Notes: generated by a model not told the origin, from the letters alone. A stretch of 13,784 nucleotides of DNA from Deltaproteobacteria bacterium (GCA_038150265.1 JAYOTF010000058.1:1-13784); one strand, 5' to 3'. Counted from the stretch's first letter, positions 1 through 8,309 are shown. Made by a program: numbers and translations.

Positions 1-1
1 G

Positions 2-121
2 ATCCAGTCCGTGAACCGATGGCCTTATCGGAAGTTCATCGCCCTGCAGCGGGCAAAGAGGAATTTCCATAAAATGATGGGTGAGGAAGGTTCAGGATTT
101 GAAATTGGAGTGTTTGTGTAG
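2..121 (+). CDS. 3' end of an unidentified CDS entering from the left edge (partial)
   Basis: Open frame from position 2 (IQSVNRWPYRKFIALQRAKRNFHKMMGEEGSGFEIGVFV) ends in TAG at 119-121. The first half uses mostly C/G-ending codons like the other genes. An AT-rich intergenic tract follows. Confidence 0.45.
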   Translation: MQSVNRWPYRKFIALQRAKRNFHKMMGEEGSGFEIGVFV

Positions 122-198
122 GTATGACGGCGTATGGGATTTTTATTTTAAATTTACATAATATTAATTTAATTAAGTTTAACTTGAATGGGAACCGA

Positions 199-221
199 CT
201 CTCCGTCCTCAGGACGGGGAG
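199..221. terminator. GC-rich hairpin between convergent genes; possible terminator
   Basis: CTCTCCGTCC-TCA-GGACGGGGAG forms a 10-bp stem (one G-T pair) 2 nt beyond the GDPD stop. No clear U-tract follows on either strand. Confidence 0.4.
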
Positions 222-223
222 GG

Positions 224-1033
224 CTAGCTCCGCTGCTGTTGTTCCCGAATCAGGGCCGCGACCTCAAGGGGGTCATTGGTGAAGATCCACTCGACTCCCC
301 GGTTGAGCTCCCGGAACAGGGCATTTTTTGATTTAGGATATCCTGTACCCATGAACTGATCGGCCGTGAGGTGCCGCTGCACCACCTCGGTTCCAATGAG
401 GAGGTAATGCCCCCCAATTCCGCCAAATCCTTGTTCCAGGGAGGTGTTACTAAATTCCGCAACATTGAAAAACGCGACCAGCAGAAAGCAGGATTTCGGC
501 GCAAAGGTCACCAACCGTTCCAGAGCCGGATCAAGGAGCAGGATGTGAAAATCCCGGCCGGGCTCCCAGCCGGTCAGCAGGTCCCCCAGAATGTGATTCT
601 GACGTTCCAGTTCCGGATACGGCTCTTCCTTCACCTCAATCATCAGGTGGGCCCGATCCCGGCTGAGCTGAATGACCTCCTCCAGAGTGGGAATGAGTGG
701 AAACCGTTCCTTCAGCTCAACAAGGGAAAACGAACTCAGCAGGCGAGGCTCGCCAAACATCCGGAGCAGATCGGCATCATGAAAGACCACCGGCGCCAGA
801 TCCTGAGTCCACCGGACGTCCAGTTCCAGACCCGTGACCTCCGGAGCCTCCAGGGCACGCTGAAAGGCGGCAAGCGTGTTTTCAGGCAGCCCCTGAAATC
901 CGTGCGCCCCACGGTGCGCAATGATCCGGCACCGGCTCAGCACGTCAGGCGGCGGCGTGGGTTGAGGCCAGTACTTGAAGAATGTGTCGCATCCGGCCAT
1001 CAGCAGATGCTCCAACCAGGGAGGAATGTGCAT
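224..1033 (-). CDS. Glycerophosphodiester phosphodiesterase family protein (GDPD, UgpQ/GlpQ-like)
   Basis: Motifs IIAHRG, PENTLAAF, GLELDV, VVFHD, IPTLEE, MIEVK and IFTNDP. ATG overlaps the tex stop (TGATG at 1035-1031). Confidence 0.93.
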   Translation of the reverse strand: MHIPPWLEHLLMAGCDTFFKYWPQPTPPPDVLSRCRIIAHRGAHGFQGLPENTLAAFQRALEAPEVTGLELDVRWTQDLAPVVFHDADLLRMFGEPRLLSSFSLVELKERFPLIPTLEEVIQLSRDRAHLMIEVKEEPYPELERQNHILGDLLTGWEPGRDFHILLLDPALERLVTFAPKSCFLLVAFFNVAEFSNTSLEQGFGGIGGHYLLIGTEVVQRHLTADQFMGTGYPKSKNALFRELNRGVEWIFTNDPLEVAALIREQQQRS

Positions 1034-3366
1034 CAGTGTTTGTTGAATTTTGCCATCAGTTGAGCCATGTCTTTTTGGAAGTCTCCACTCGCCAATGGCT
1101 TTTCACGCGGTTGGGACTCCTTCGGGCCCGACGGGCGATTCTTGCGGCGCTCAGGCTTGCCCGATTTTCGGTTGCCGTCACGTGGCTTGGGGTCAGCCTG
1201 AGGAGTGCTCCGGAGCGAAAGCGAGATGCGTTTGCGAGCCTCATCCACTTCCAGCACCCACGCCTGCACCGCCTGCCCCACCGTCACGGCTTCCATCGGA
1301 TCCTTCACAAATTTGTCCGAAAGCTGGGAGATGTGGGCCAGGCCATCCTGATGCACCCCAATGTCAATAAAGGCTCCGAAGTGTGTGATATTCGTCACGA
1401 TCCCATTGAGGCGCATGCCGGGCTTGAGGTCCTTGACCTCCTGGATCGAGTCATCAAACTCCACCTGCTGGTGATCCTTCCGAGGGTCACGCCCCGGTTT
1501 TTTGAGCTCCTGCAGAATGTCTGACACCGTAAAGGCTCCAGCCTCGGCATACTGGGTCGGGTCAATCCGTCCCACCGCTGCTTCATGCCCCACCAGTTGT
1601 TCCAGCGTCAGCTCATGGTCCTGCGCCATCCGCTCCACGAGGGCATAGTTTTCCGGGTGCACCGCCGAGCGGTCCAACGGGTTTCCGGCTTCGGGAATCC
1701 GGAGGAAGCCCGCGGCCTGCTCAAAGGTCTTCGGCCCCAGTCCACTCACCGTCAGCAGGTCCTGCCGCGACTGAAAGCCCCCCTTTTCGTTGCGGTGGGA
1801 CACAATCCGCTTGGCCAGGGTGCTGCTGATTCCAGAGACGTACCCCAGCAACGACGCTGACGCCCGGTTGAGGTCCACCCCCACAAAGTTCACACATGAC
1901 TCCACGGTCCGGTCAAGCGACTGCTTCAGGCGCGTTTGGTTGACATCGTGCTGATACTGTCCCACCCCAATGGACTTCGGATCAATCTTCACCAACTCGG
2001 CCAGGGGGTCCTGATAACGACGGGCAATCGAGACCGCGCCCCGGACGGTCAGGTCCAGGTCGGGAAACTCTTCGCGGGCAATCGACGAGGCGGAGTAAAC
2101 CGAGGCGCCTGATTCGTTGACCACCAGGGCTTGCGCCGTGATGCCTTCCGCCTGAAAAAACTCCCGGACGAACTGATGCACCTCCCGGGAAGCCGTCCCG
2201 TTTCCGACCGCGACAATTTCCGCATGGAAGCGCTGCAGCAGATCCCGGAGCACGGTGCGGGAGCCCTCCACCTCTTTTTTGGGCTCGACGGGATAAATGA
2301 CGCCGTGGTCCAGGAAGCGTCCCGTTTCGTCAATCACGACCCACTTGGTTCCCGTCCGGAACCCGGGATCCAGCCCAATCACCACCTTGGCGCCGCCCGG
2401 AGGCTGGAGGAGCAGCTGGCGGAGGTTCCGTCCAAACATGTCGATCGACACCTCATCCGCCTGAAGCTTCAGGTCCACCCGCACATCGGTTTCCAGCGTC
2501 GGGGCCAGCAGGCGTTGCCAGGCATCGGCAATGACCCGGCTGGCGTGTTCGGCAAACGCCTCGGCAAAGGGGGGCAGGTGCTGACGAAGGAGGCCATGCG
2601 CCCGCTCTTCCTCCAGCTCAATGCGCATCCGGAGGATTCCGTCTTTTTCCCCTCGGCGAATCGCCAGGTACCGGTGTGGGGCAATCGCGGAAACCTTTTC
2701 GGAAAAATCGTAATACGCTTCAAACTTGCTGGGCTTGCCCTCATGGTCGCTGGCCACCTGAGACAGCACCCGGCCGTCCTTGTGCAGGCGCTCCCGGAGG
2801 GCATTGCGCAGATCCGCAATCTCGGCCAGCCGCTCGGCCCAGATGTCGCGGGCTCCCTGAAGCGCATCGTCTTCCGAGAGGGGCGCCTCCTGCCCTTCAT
2901 TCAGGGCCTGCAGCCACTGCTGAACGTCACTCAGCGTGGTCCCCGCAACGGCCAGCAGGTCCGCAAGGGGCTCCAGGCCCCTGTCCCGGGCAATCGTGGC
3001 ACGGGTCCGGCGTTTGGGTTTGTAGGGAAGGTAGAGGTCTTCAAGCTTCTGCTTGGTCTCTGCCTGCTGAATCCGCTGCTCCAGCTCCGGGGTCAGCTTT
3101 TCCTGCTCCCGGATGCTCTTGAGGATGGTCTGCCGGCGCTCATCCAGGTCACGCAGGTACTGAAACCGGTCGGCCAGGTTGGCAATTTCGACTTCATCCA
3201 GCCCCCCGGTGGCTTCCTTGCGGTAACGGGCAATGAAGGGGATGGTGTTGTCCGCCAGAAGCAGCTTCAGGGTCTCGCGAATCTGGTCCGGACGGTGTCC
3301 CGTTTCCTGATGCAGTTGGGGAATCCAGACGGTCACGTCCGGAGCAGAGGAGGCTAGTTCTTCCAT
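1033..3366 (-). CDS. tex: Tex family RNA-binding transcriptional accessory protein (YqgF, HhH and S1 domains)
   Basis: Motifs TIPFIARYRKEATGGLDE, LEDLYLPYKPKRRTRA, GLDPGFRTGTK, VGNGTASRE, VNESGASVYSAS, KSIGVGQYQHDV, and a C-terminal S1 (NITHFGAFIDIGVHQDGLAHISQL). Start is ATG 3366 or upstream TTG 3411. Confidence 0.97.
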   Translation of the reverse strand: MEELASSAPDVTVWIPQLHQETGHRPDQIRETLKLLLADNTIPFIARYRKEATGGLDEVEIANLADRFQYLRDLDERRQTILKSIREQEKLTPELEQRIQQAETKQKLEDLYLPYKPKRRTRATIARDRGLEPLADLLAVAGTTLSDVQQWLQALNEGQEAPLSEDDALQGARDIWAERLAEIADLRNALRERLHKDGRVLSQVASDHEGKPSKFEAYYDFSEKVSAIAPHRYLAIRRGEKDGILRMRIELEEERAHGLLRQHLPPFAEAFAEHASRVIADAWQRLLAPTLETDVRVDLKLQADEVSIDMFGRNLRQLLLQPPGGAKVVIGLDPGFRTGTKWVVIDETGRFLDHGVIYPVEPKKEVEGSRTVLRDLLQRFHAEIVAVGNGTASREVHQFVREFFQAEGITAQALVVNESGASVYSASSIAREEFPDLDLTVRGAVSIARRYQDPLAELVKIDPKSIGVGQYQHDVNQTRLKQSLDRTVESCVNFVGVDLNRASASLLGYVSGISSTLAKRIVSHRNEKGGFQSRQDLLTVSGLGPKTFEQAAGFLRIPEAGNPLDRSAVHPENYALVERMAQDHELTLEQLVGHEAAVGRIDPTQYAEAGAFTVSDILQELKKPGRDPRKDHQQVEFDDSIQEVKDLKPGMRLNGIVTNITHFGAFIDIGVHQDGLAHISQLSDKFVKDPMEAVTVGQAVQAWVLEVDEARKRISLSLRSTPQADPKPRDGNRKSGKPERRKNRPSGPKESQPREKPLASGDFQKDMAQLMAKFNKH

Positions 3367-3421
3367 GAATTCCGTGAGGGTGGGGTCAATCAACAGGCTC
3401 AATGCGCCCAAAAGAGAAGGC

Positions 3422-5665
3422 TTACCAGACTTTCTGGACCACCTTCAAGGCGCGGAGGCCTTCGCAGATTTTTCGATACTGCACCCACGTGACTGGGGCG
3501 AGCCGAATGCGGTGGTAGGCTTGTTCTTCTGTGGTGACCGAGACCTGGGCATCGCGGATGCTGGCTTCCGCGTCCTTGATCACTTTCACCACCCGGTAGA
3601 GGATTCCGGGGCCTTCGCTGGTGTGGAGGTGGAGGAGGTGCTCACGGCGCTCATCTTTCGGAAGGTCCCAGATCACCTGAACCCGGGTTTGCCGAGAGGC
3701 TTCAACTTCCGAGCAACTGAGCTGATGAACCTCGATCTCATTCTGGTCATTCAGCAGCCCAATGACTCGGTCGCCAGGCATGGGGGCGCAGCATTCCTGC
3801 AACCGCACCATCGGGTCGTCCCAGCTTTGAATCCGGAAGTACGATTCCGCTCCGCCAAAGACGGAGGCAAAGCGTCCGGATCGGAGCATCTCCCGGACCC
3901 GTCCCATCCGTTCGGGACCAATGAGGCCGTGCTTCTTCATGAACTCCCGGGGGGAGCGCTTCTGCATGCCGACTTCCTGCAGGAAGCGTTCGGTGCTGAG
4001 CCGCTCCTGCTCCAGGGCTTCCAGCACCTTGGGGTCTTCCAGCCACTCCTCAATGTGGAGCTGAAATTTCTGCAGCACCCCCTTGAGGTGATCAAAGCCG
4101 AGGCGCCGCATCCGCTGAGCATTCTGCTGCCCCACCGACCGGCGAATCTGCAGTTGGCTCTTGGCCAGGAAGGCATACTCCAGCCACTCGCGTGCTGGAC
4201 GAACCGCAGGATCCGTCAGGATCCGGACCCGTTCGCCGTGGAAGAGCTGGCGATCCCGGGGCACCCGCTGAGCGCCACTGGCGCGTCCGACGCTTTCCAC
4301 CATGGCCCCTGTGCACTGGTTGCCCAACTCGGTGTGGATGCTGTAGGCAAAGTCCAGCACCGTGGCCCCCTTCGGGAGCGCATAGACGTCTCCTTTCGGA
4401 CTGAACACCTGAACCTGGTCCTGCTGCATGGTCTTCAGGACATCGGTCATGCGCAGGTGCTCCTCACCGGCCACCTGGTCCAGCTGATCCAGGTAGGTCC
4501 GGTAGTAGTCGGCAAGCTGAGAAGGCGTGCCCTGCCAGTAGGCCATCACGCCGTTGCGGTTCCCTTCCTTCATCCGGGGGGTGACGATCTCGATGGAGAC
4601 CCGCTCCCCATCCAGCAGAATCAGGGTCTGAAGCCCCTGGTGGCCGTTCCACATGGGGTTGCTGATGTAGTCCCGAATCTGCAAGGGAATGGCGCTGAAC
4701 TCGGTGTGCAGGATGCCGAGGGCCTGGTAACACGCCTGAGGCTTGTCCACCACAATCAGGAATCCCTTGAGGACCTGATCCAGCGGAAAGCCCGGGTAGA
4801 CGTGGTCGGCCACCTCCACCAAAACCGGCTCCACCGTCTGAAGCTGCAGCTGCTCCTGAGTCAGCAGGTCCTGCAGCTGAGCCCGCATGGCGTCCACCCG
4901 CTCCTTGCGCTCGTCCCAAAGCTCCTGGAGCCGCTTCTGCGTATTCCGGTAACGGACTGGATAGAGGTAGCGGAAGCACAGCTCCGAGTGCTCCCGGCTC
5001 AGGTCGCGCAGCCCCAGCCGCTGGGCCAGGGGGACGTACACGCCCAGGGTTTCCCGGCTGATGCGACGGCGCTTGTGGTGCGGCATCGCCTCCATGTCTC
5101 GCATGTTGTCGAGCCGGTCAAAGAGCTTGATGAACAGGGTCCGGACGTCCCGGGTCATCGACTGCAGCATCTTCCGGTAAGTCGCTTCCTGGTGGCTCCG
5201 GGTCTTCGGACCATCCGGATTCTGGATCTTGGTCAGCCCATCGACAATGGCGGCGTACCAGGGACCGTACTGCTCCCGGACGTAATCCTTGGTCATTGGG
5301 GTGTCTTCAATCGCATCATGCAGCAGGGCTGCAATCACCGTCGAGGCATCCAGGCCGGCCTGGCAGATGGAAAGCGCCACCCGCAGCGGGTGCACGACCA
5401 CCGGCTGTCCGGACTTGCGACGCTGGTGGGCATGAAAACGGGAGATGTCTTCAATGGCGCGGTTGAGCAGCCGCACCTCTTCCTCGTTGCCGTGACGCTT
5501 GACGTAGTCCCGGATCTGACGCTTGAGCTTGGAAATGAGCTGCACGTCTTCGGTGCTCACCCCTTCGTCATCCAGCACCACCTCAGGGTGCATGGGCGCC
5601 GAGGGCACCAGGGTTTCGTCAGCAGTCATCAAAGCAGGATTCCCCATGCCTTCCCAATCAATCAA
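3422..5665 (-). CDS. spoT: Long RelA/SpoT homologue (HD, degenerate SYNTH, TGS, ZFD, ACT); predicted hydrolase-only (p)ppGpp enzyme
   Basis: HD motifs HAHQRRKSGQP..HP, ALLHDAIEDT and IKLFDRLDNMR; TGS VFSPKGDVYALPKGATVLDFAYSIHTELG; ZFD LQECCAPMPGD..HQLSC; C-terminal ACT-like segment. Start uncertain (TTG 5665, ATG 5647 or ATG 5629). Confidence 0.92.
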   Translation of the reverse strand: MIDWEGMGNPALMTADETLVPSAPMHPEVVLDDEGVSTEDVQLISKLKRQIRDYVKRHGNEEEVRLLNRAIEDISRFHAHQRRKSGQPVVVHPLRVALSICQAGLDASTVIAALLHDAIEDTPMTKDYVREQYGPWYAAIVDGLTKIQNPDGPKTRSHQEATYRKMLQSMTRDVRTLFIKLFDRLDNMRDMEAMPHHKRRRISRETLGVYVPLAQRLGLRDLSREHSELCFRYLYPVRYRNTQKRLQELWDERKERVDAMRAQLQDLLTQEQLQLQTVEPVLVEVADHVYPGFPLDQVLKGFLIVVDKPQACYQALGILHTEFSAIPLQIRDYISNPMWNGHQGLQTLILLDGERVSIEIVTPRMKEGNRNGVMAYWQGTPSQLADYYRTYLDQLDQVAGEEHLRMTDVLKTMQQDQVQVFSPKGDVYALPKGATVLDFAYSIHTELGNQCTGAMVESVGRASGAQRVPRDRQLFHGERVRILTDPAVRPAREWLEYAFLAKSQLQIRRSVGQQNAQRMRRLGFDHLKGVLQKFQLHIEEWLEDPKVLEALEQERLSTERFLQEVGMQKRSPREFMKKHGLIGPERMGRVREMLRSGRFASVFGGAESYFRIQSWDDPMVRLQECCAPMPGDRVIGLLNDQNEIEVHQLSCSEVEASRQTRVQVIWDLPKDERREHLLHLHTSEGPGILYRVVKVIKDAEASIRDAQVSVTTEEQAYHRIRLAPVTWVQYRKICEGLRALKVVQKVW

Positions 5666-5668
5666 TCA

Positions 5669-6313
5669 TTACTGGGGTTGAAAGCTGCGGAACTCGCCGA
5701 ATCCGGTGCAGTACCGCAACGGCGTGTCCGCCCGAACGGGCTTCCAGCCCACTTCAAAATTTGCATCCCACAGGAGCTGCCGGATGTCCCGAAACAGCTC
5801 AAAGCTGTCGGGATGCACCCAGAAAAAGAAATAGGTTGTTTCTGGACGGTAGCTTCCCAGCATCACGTCCATTGCCCCTCCGGAGCGATTGAACTCGTGC
5901 CACCAGCTTCCGGAGTCACGGTTGGGCAGGAAGTCGAGGCAGTGGGCATTGCCCGAGAGCGTCATGAGGTTCACCTCATAATTGCCCATGTCCAGGCGTT
6001 CCGGAACCTGCCCCGGCCCCGTGACTTCCTCCCGGATGCGCCGGTAAACGGCTGCTCGGTCAAAGAGCACCACCTGGTTGTCCCGGAGGAGCATCAGGCG
6101 GCTGGCCTTCTGAGAGTAGTGCGACCAGGGGATGACGATCTTTTGCTGCTGCTCCACCTCCCGGGAGTCCGGGGAGCTGACCTCCTGTGGCGCCAGCGTC
6201 AGGAGGGCCACAAACACCGAGAGGATCACCAGGATGCCAACGCTGTTGGAGACAATATCCACAAGGGAATCCAGCCCCGCGTTGGAAGGACCCCCAGGAG
6301 GCCGGCGTCTCAT
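5669..6313 (-). CDS. Single-pass membrane protein, ExbD/TolR/AglS-like (uncharacterised)
   Basis: Basic N-terminus MRRR, then LDSLVDIVSNSVGILVILSVFVALLTL (hydrophobic helix with Asp at its start). The soluble domain ends FFFWVHPDSFELFRDIRQLLWDANFEVGWKP. ATGA overlap with the upstream TPR gene. The CDS is well supported; the family is an inference. Confidence 0.6.
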   Translation of the reverse strand: MRRRPPGGPSNAGLDSLVDIVSNSVGILVILSVFVALLTLAPQEVSSPDSREVEQQQKIVIPWSHYSQKASRLMLLRDNQVVLFDRAAVYRRIREEVTGPGQVPERLDMGNYEVNLMTLSGNAHCLDFLPNRDSGSWWHEFNRSGGAMDVMLGSYRPETTYFFFWVHPDSFELFRDIRQLLWDANFEVGWKPVRADTPLRYCTGFGEFRSFQPQ

Positions 6314-8151
6314 CCCTGCTTCTCGTCACTGCTGCTGTCGTCGTCTCCCGACCGCTGGCGGGCCTCCCACGCCTCGCGCTGCTCATGATACCACGCGGTC
6401 AGCTTTTCCGCCAAATCCTGTCGCTTCAGCTTCTGACACACATCGACCATGCAGCGGTAGAGCTCCTGCCGGGGCTCAATCATCACCGCCGCTTCATAAA
6501 TCCGGAGGGCCTCAATGAGCTGTCCGGCCTTTTCGTGATGCTCCGCCCGTGCCAGGTGGTCCTGAATTTCCTTGTCCCGCTCACGCTGCTCCATCTTCTT
6601 GAGCATGTGCTTGAGGTTCGAGACCCGTTGGTCGTTGTTGACCATGTCATGGACCATGATGGCCTTGCGGACCAGTTCCTTCGCCGGGGCAATGCCAATG
6701 GCCTGGTCCAGCAACTGCCCCGCCTTGTCCAGCTCCTTGCGCTTGATCGCATCATCCGACTGCATGACAAAGATGTCCCGCAGTTCCTTGAGCGCCCGCT
6801 TGGCCGTGCTGTTGCCCCGGTCCATCCGGACGGCCTTGAGGAAGGTTTCCTTGGCCGCATCATACTGCTTGTCGGCCAACTGCAGGCGTCCCAGGCCGAC
6901 CAGCAGCTCCAGGTCCTCCAGCTCATCGGCAATTGGCCCCAGGGTTTCCAGGGCCTTCTTGCTCTTCCCCTCGGCAATGTACTGGCGCCCCTCTTCCACA
7001 AAACGGTCAATCGAGTACTCGCCCTTGGAGCGCTCCAGCAGCTTGGCGGCCAGGAAGAAGTACACCCGGGACTGCTGAATCTTGCGCTGCTTGCGGAGCA
7101 GGATCCCCATGTTGACGTTGCTGTAGCGATGGTTGGGGTTGCGCTTCAGCATGCCATTGAGGGCTTCTTCCGCCTTCTCCAGGTTGCCCATCTGGGCCAG
7201 CGAGCACACGAGGAAGCACCGGTAGTCGAGGTTGTTCGGCTCCTTGCGCAGCAGCCGCTCAAAGATCCGGCGGGCCACCTTCGGCGTGTTCTCTTCCATG
7301 CTGTAGACGGCCAGGTCGATCAGCAGTTGCAGCTGCGCCTCGCTCCCGTCCTCCAGGCGCTCCAGGGCATAGGTCAGCAGCTCTTCCGGATTGATTCGGT
7401 ACTCCTCCACTTCCGACTCCACCTTGGGAGGGGGTGGCGGCGGCGGCGGGGGAGGGGGCGGAGGAGGCTCCTCGACATCAATCTCGGCCTCCTTCCTGGG
7501 GGCATCCGGAAACAGCAAATCGTCCGGAAATGCTTCCTCCTCTTCCAACTCATCGAGGGGAGAAGGCGTCCGCTTGGCAGCCACTTCAGCAGCGGCCTGC
7601 TCTTCCTCCTCGGCCGCCAGCAAACTGGAGAGCGAGTCCTTGCGCGGGTGCAGCTTCTCGTGCAGTTCCTTGAGGCGCTCCACGCCATCAGGCGAGCCCG
7701 CCAGCTTGTAGCTCGTCAACTGCTCCAGCGGCTTCACGGCGCTTACGGCACTGGCGTCATAGAGGTCCACTTTCGCAATCGTGGCAGCCAGGTTGTAGGC
7801 CGGAAACTCGTCTCGCGGGTTCTGCTTGAGGCAGTGCAGGTAGAGGTTCTTCGCCTTGTTCGGCTCTCCCTGCTTGCGGTAGGCATTCCCCAGGAAGTTG
7901 GCCAGCTCCAGGTTCTTCTCATCGCGTGCCAGCAGGTTCACCCCCAGCGCCACCATGGCCGACGGATCCCCTGAGGACTGCCCATAAATGTCCGTCACCA
8001 CCGGCATGGCAACTTCCTGGTTGAGGTCCAACGCCTTGTTGAACTCCACCATTGCCCGATCGTAAAATTTACTCTCCAGTAGAGATTTCGCTCTCGTCAG
8101 GATCGCGTTGACCTCGTCGTTGGTATCACCCGAGAGCAGTCTATCCAGCAC
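6310..8151 (-). CDS. Tetratricopeptide repeat protein with central acidic/poly-proline linker
   Basis: TPR signatures such as LANFLGNAYRKQGEPNKAKNLYLHCLKQNP, SNVNMGILLRKQRKIQQS and LLVGLGRLQLADKQYDAAKETFLKAVRMDRGN. GTG start preceded by AAGGA. Confidence 0.88.
   Translation of the reverse strand: MLDRLLSGDTNDEVNAILTRAKSLLESKFYDRAMVEFNKALDLNQEVAMPVVTDIYGQSSGDPSAMVALGVNLLARDEKNLELANFLGNAYRKQGEPNKAKNLYLHCLKQNPRDEFPAYNLAATIAKVDLYDASAVSAVKPLEQLTSYKLAGSPDGVERLKELHEKLHPRKDSLSSLLAAEEEEQAAAEVAAKRTPSPLDELEEEEAFPDDLLFPDAPRKEAEIDVEEPPPPPPPPPPPPPPKVESEVEEYRINPEELLTYALERLEDGSEAQLQLLIDLAVYSMEENTPKVARRIFERLLRKEPNNLDYRCFLVCSLAQMGNLEKAEEALNGMLKRNPNHRYSNVNMGILLRKQRKIQQSRVYFFLAAKLLERSKGEYSIDRFVEEGRQYIAEGKSKKALETLGPIADELEDLELLVGLGRLQLADKQYDAAKETFLKAVRMDRGNSTAKRALKELRDIFVMQSDDAIKRKELDKAGQLLDQAIGIAPAKELVRKAIMVHDMVNNDQRVSNLKHMLKKMEQRERDKEIQDHLARAEHHEKAGQLIEALRIYEAAVMIEPRQELYRCMVDVCQKLKRQDLAEKLTAWYHEQREAWEARQRSGDDDSSSDEKQG
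7426..7467 (-). repeat. Poly-proline tract (14 consecutive Pro codons); G-rich on the plus strand
   Basis: Plus strand reads GGG AGG GGG TGG CGG CGG CGG CGG GGG AGG GGG CGG AGG AGG, i.e. 14 CCN codons on the minus strand using all four Pro codons. Confidence 0.95.
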
Positions 8152-8197
8152 GTTGTTTTCCTTCCAGGAACAAGTTTAACCACCACTTTCCCGATTG

Positions 8198-8213
8198 AGG
8201 CACTGTCCTTGCT
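8198..8213 (+). promoter_or_regulatory. Candidate sigma-54 (-24/-12) promoter facing the fliN-like/fliM-like pair
   Basis: AGGCACTGTCCTTGCT versus consensus TGGCAC-N5-TTGC(A/T), with exact GG-N10-GC spacing, in the 303-bp divergent intergenic region. Confidence 0.45.
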
Positions 8214-8309
8214 CTCAGGTAGTTTTAGCTACCATCGGGGAAGCTCTTTTTGCAAGCCCACAGGTCGTACCACAAACTCCCAAGAGAGTCCAGCGCCCCC
8301 CGTATGGTC

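Noticed and set aside
14..40. RWPYRK resembling the RWP-RK transcription factor motif
   Set aside because: Only six residues in a truncated frame, and the preceding CRxxGI context is missing; likely chance.
3422..5665. RSH as a decaying pseudogene
   Set aside because: The frame is full length and uninterrupted with conserved HD, TGS and ZFD motifs; the losses are concentrated in synthetase catalytic motifs.
3365..6388. 1007-aa plus-strand ORF
   Set aside because: Antisense shadow of the RSH and ExbD-like genes, which share a frame. High GC3 suppresses stops and no recognisable motifs are present.
6187..7974. 595-aa plus-strand ORF
   Set aside because: Antisense shadow of the TPR gene with no domain signature.
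8170..8197. Sigma-28-like ACAAGTTT-N12-CCCGATTG
   Set aside because: The spacer is one base too long and both boxes have several mismatches.
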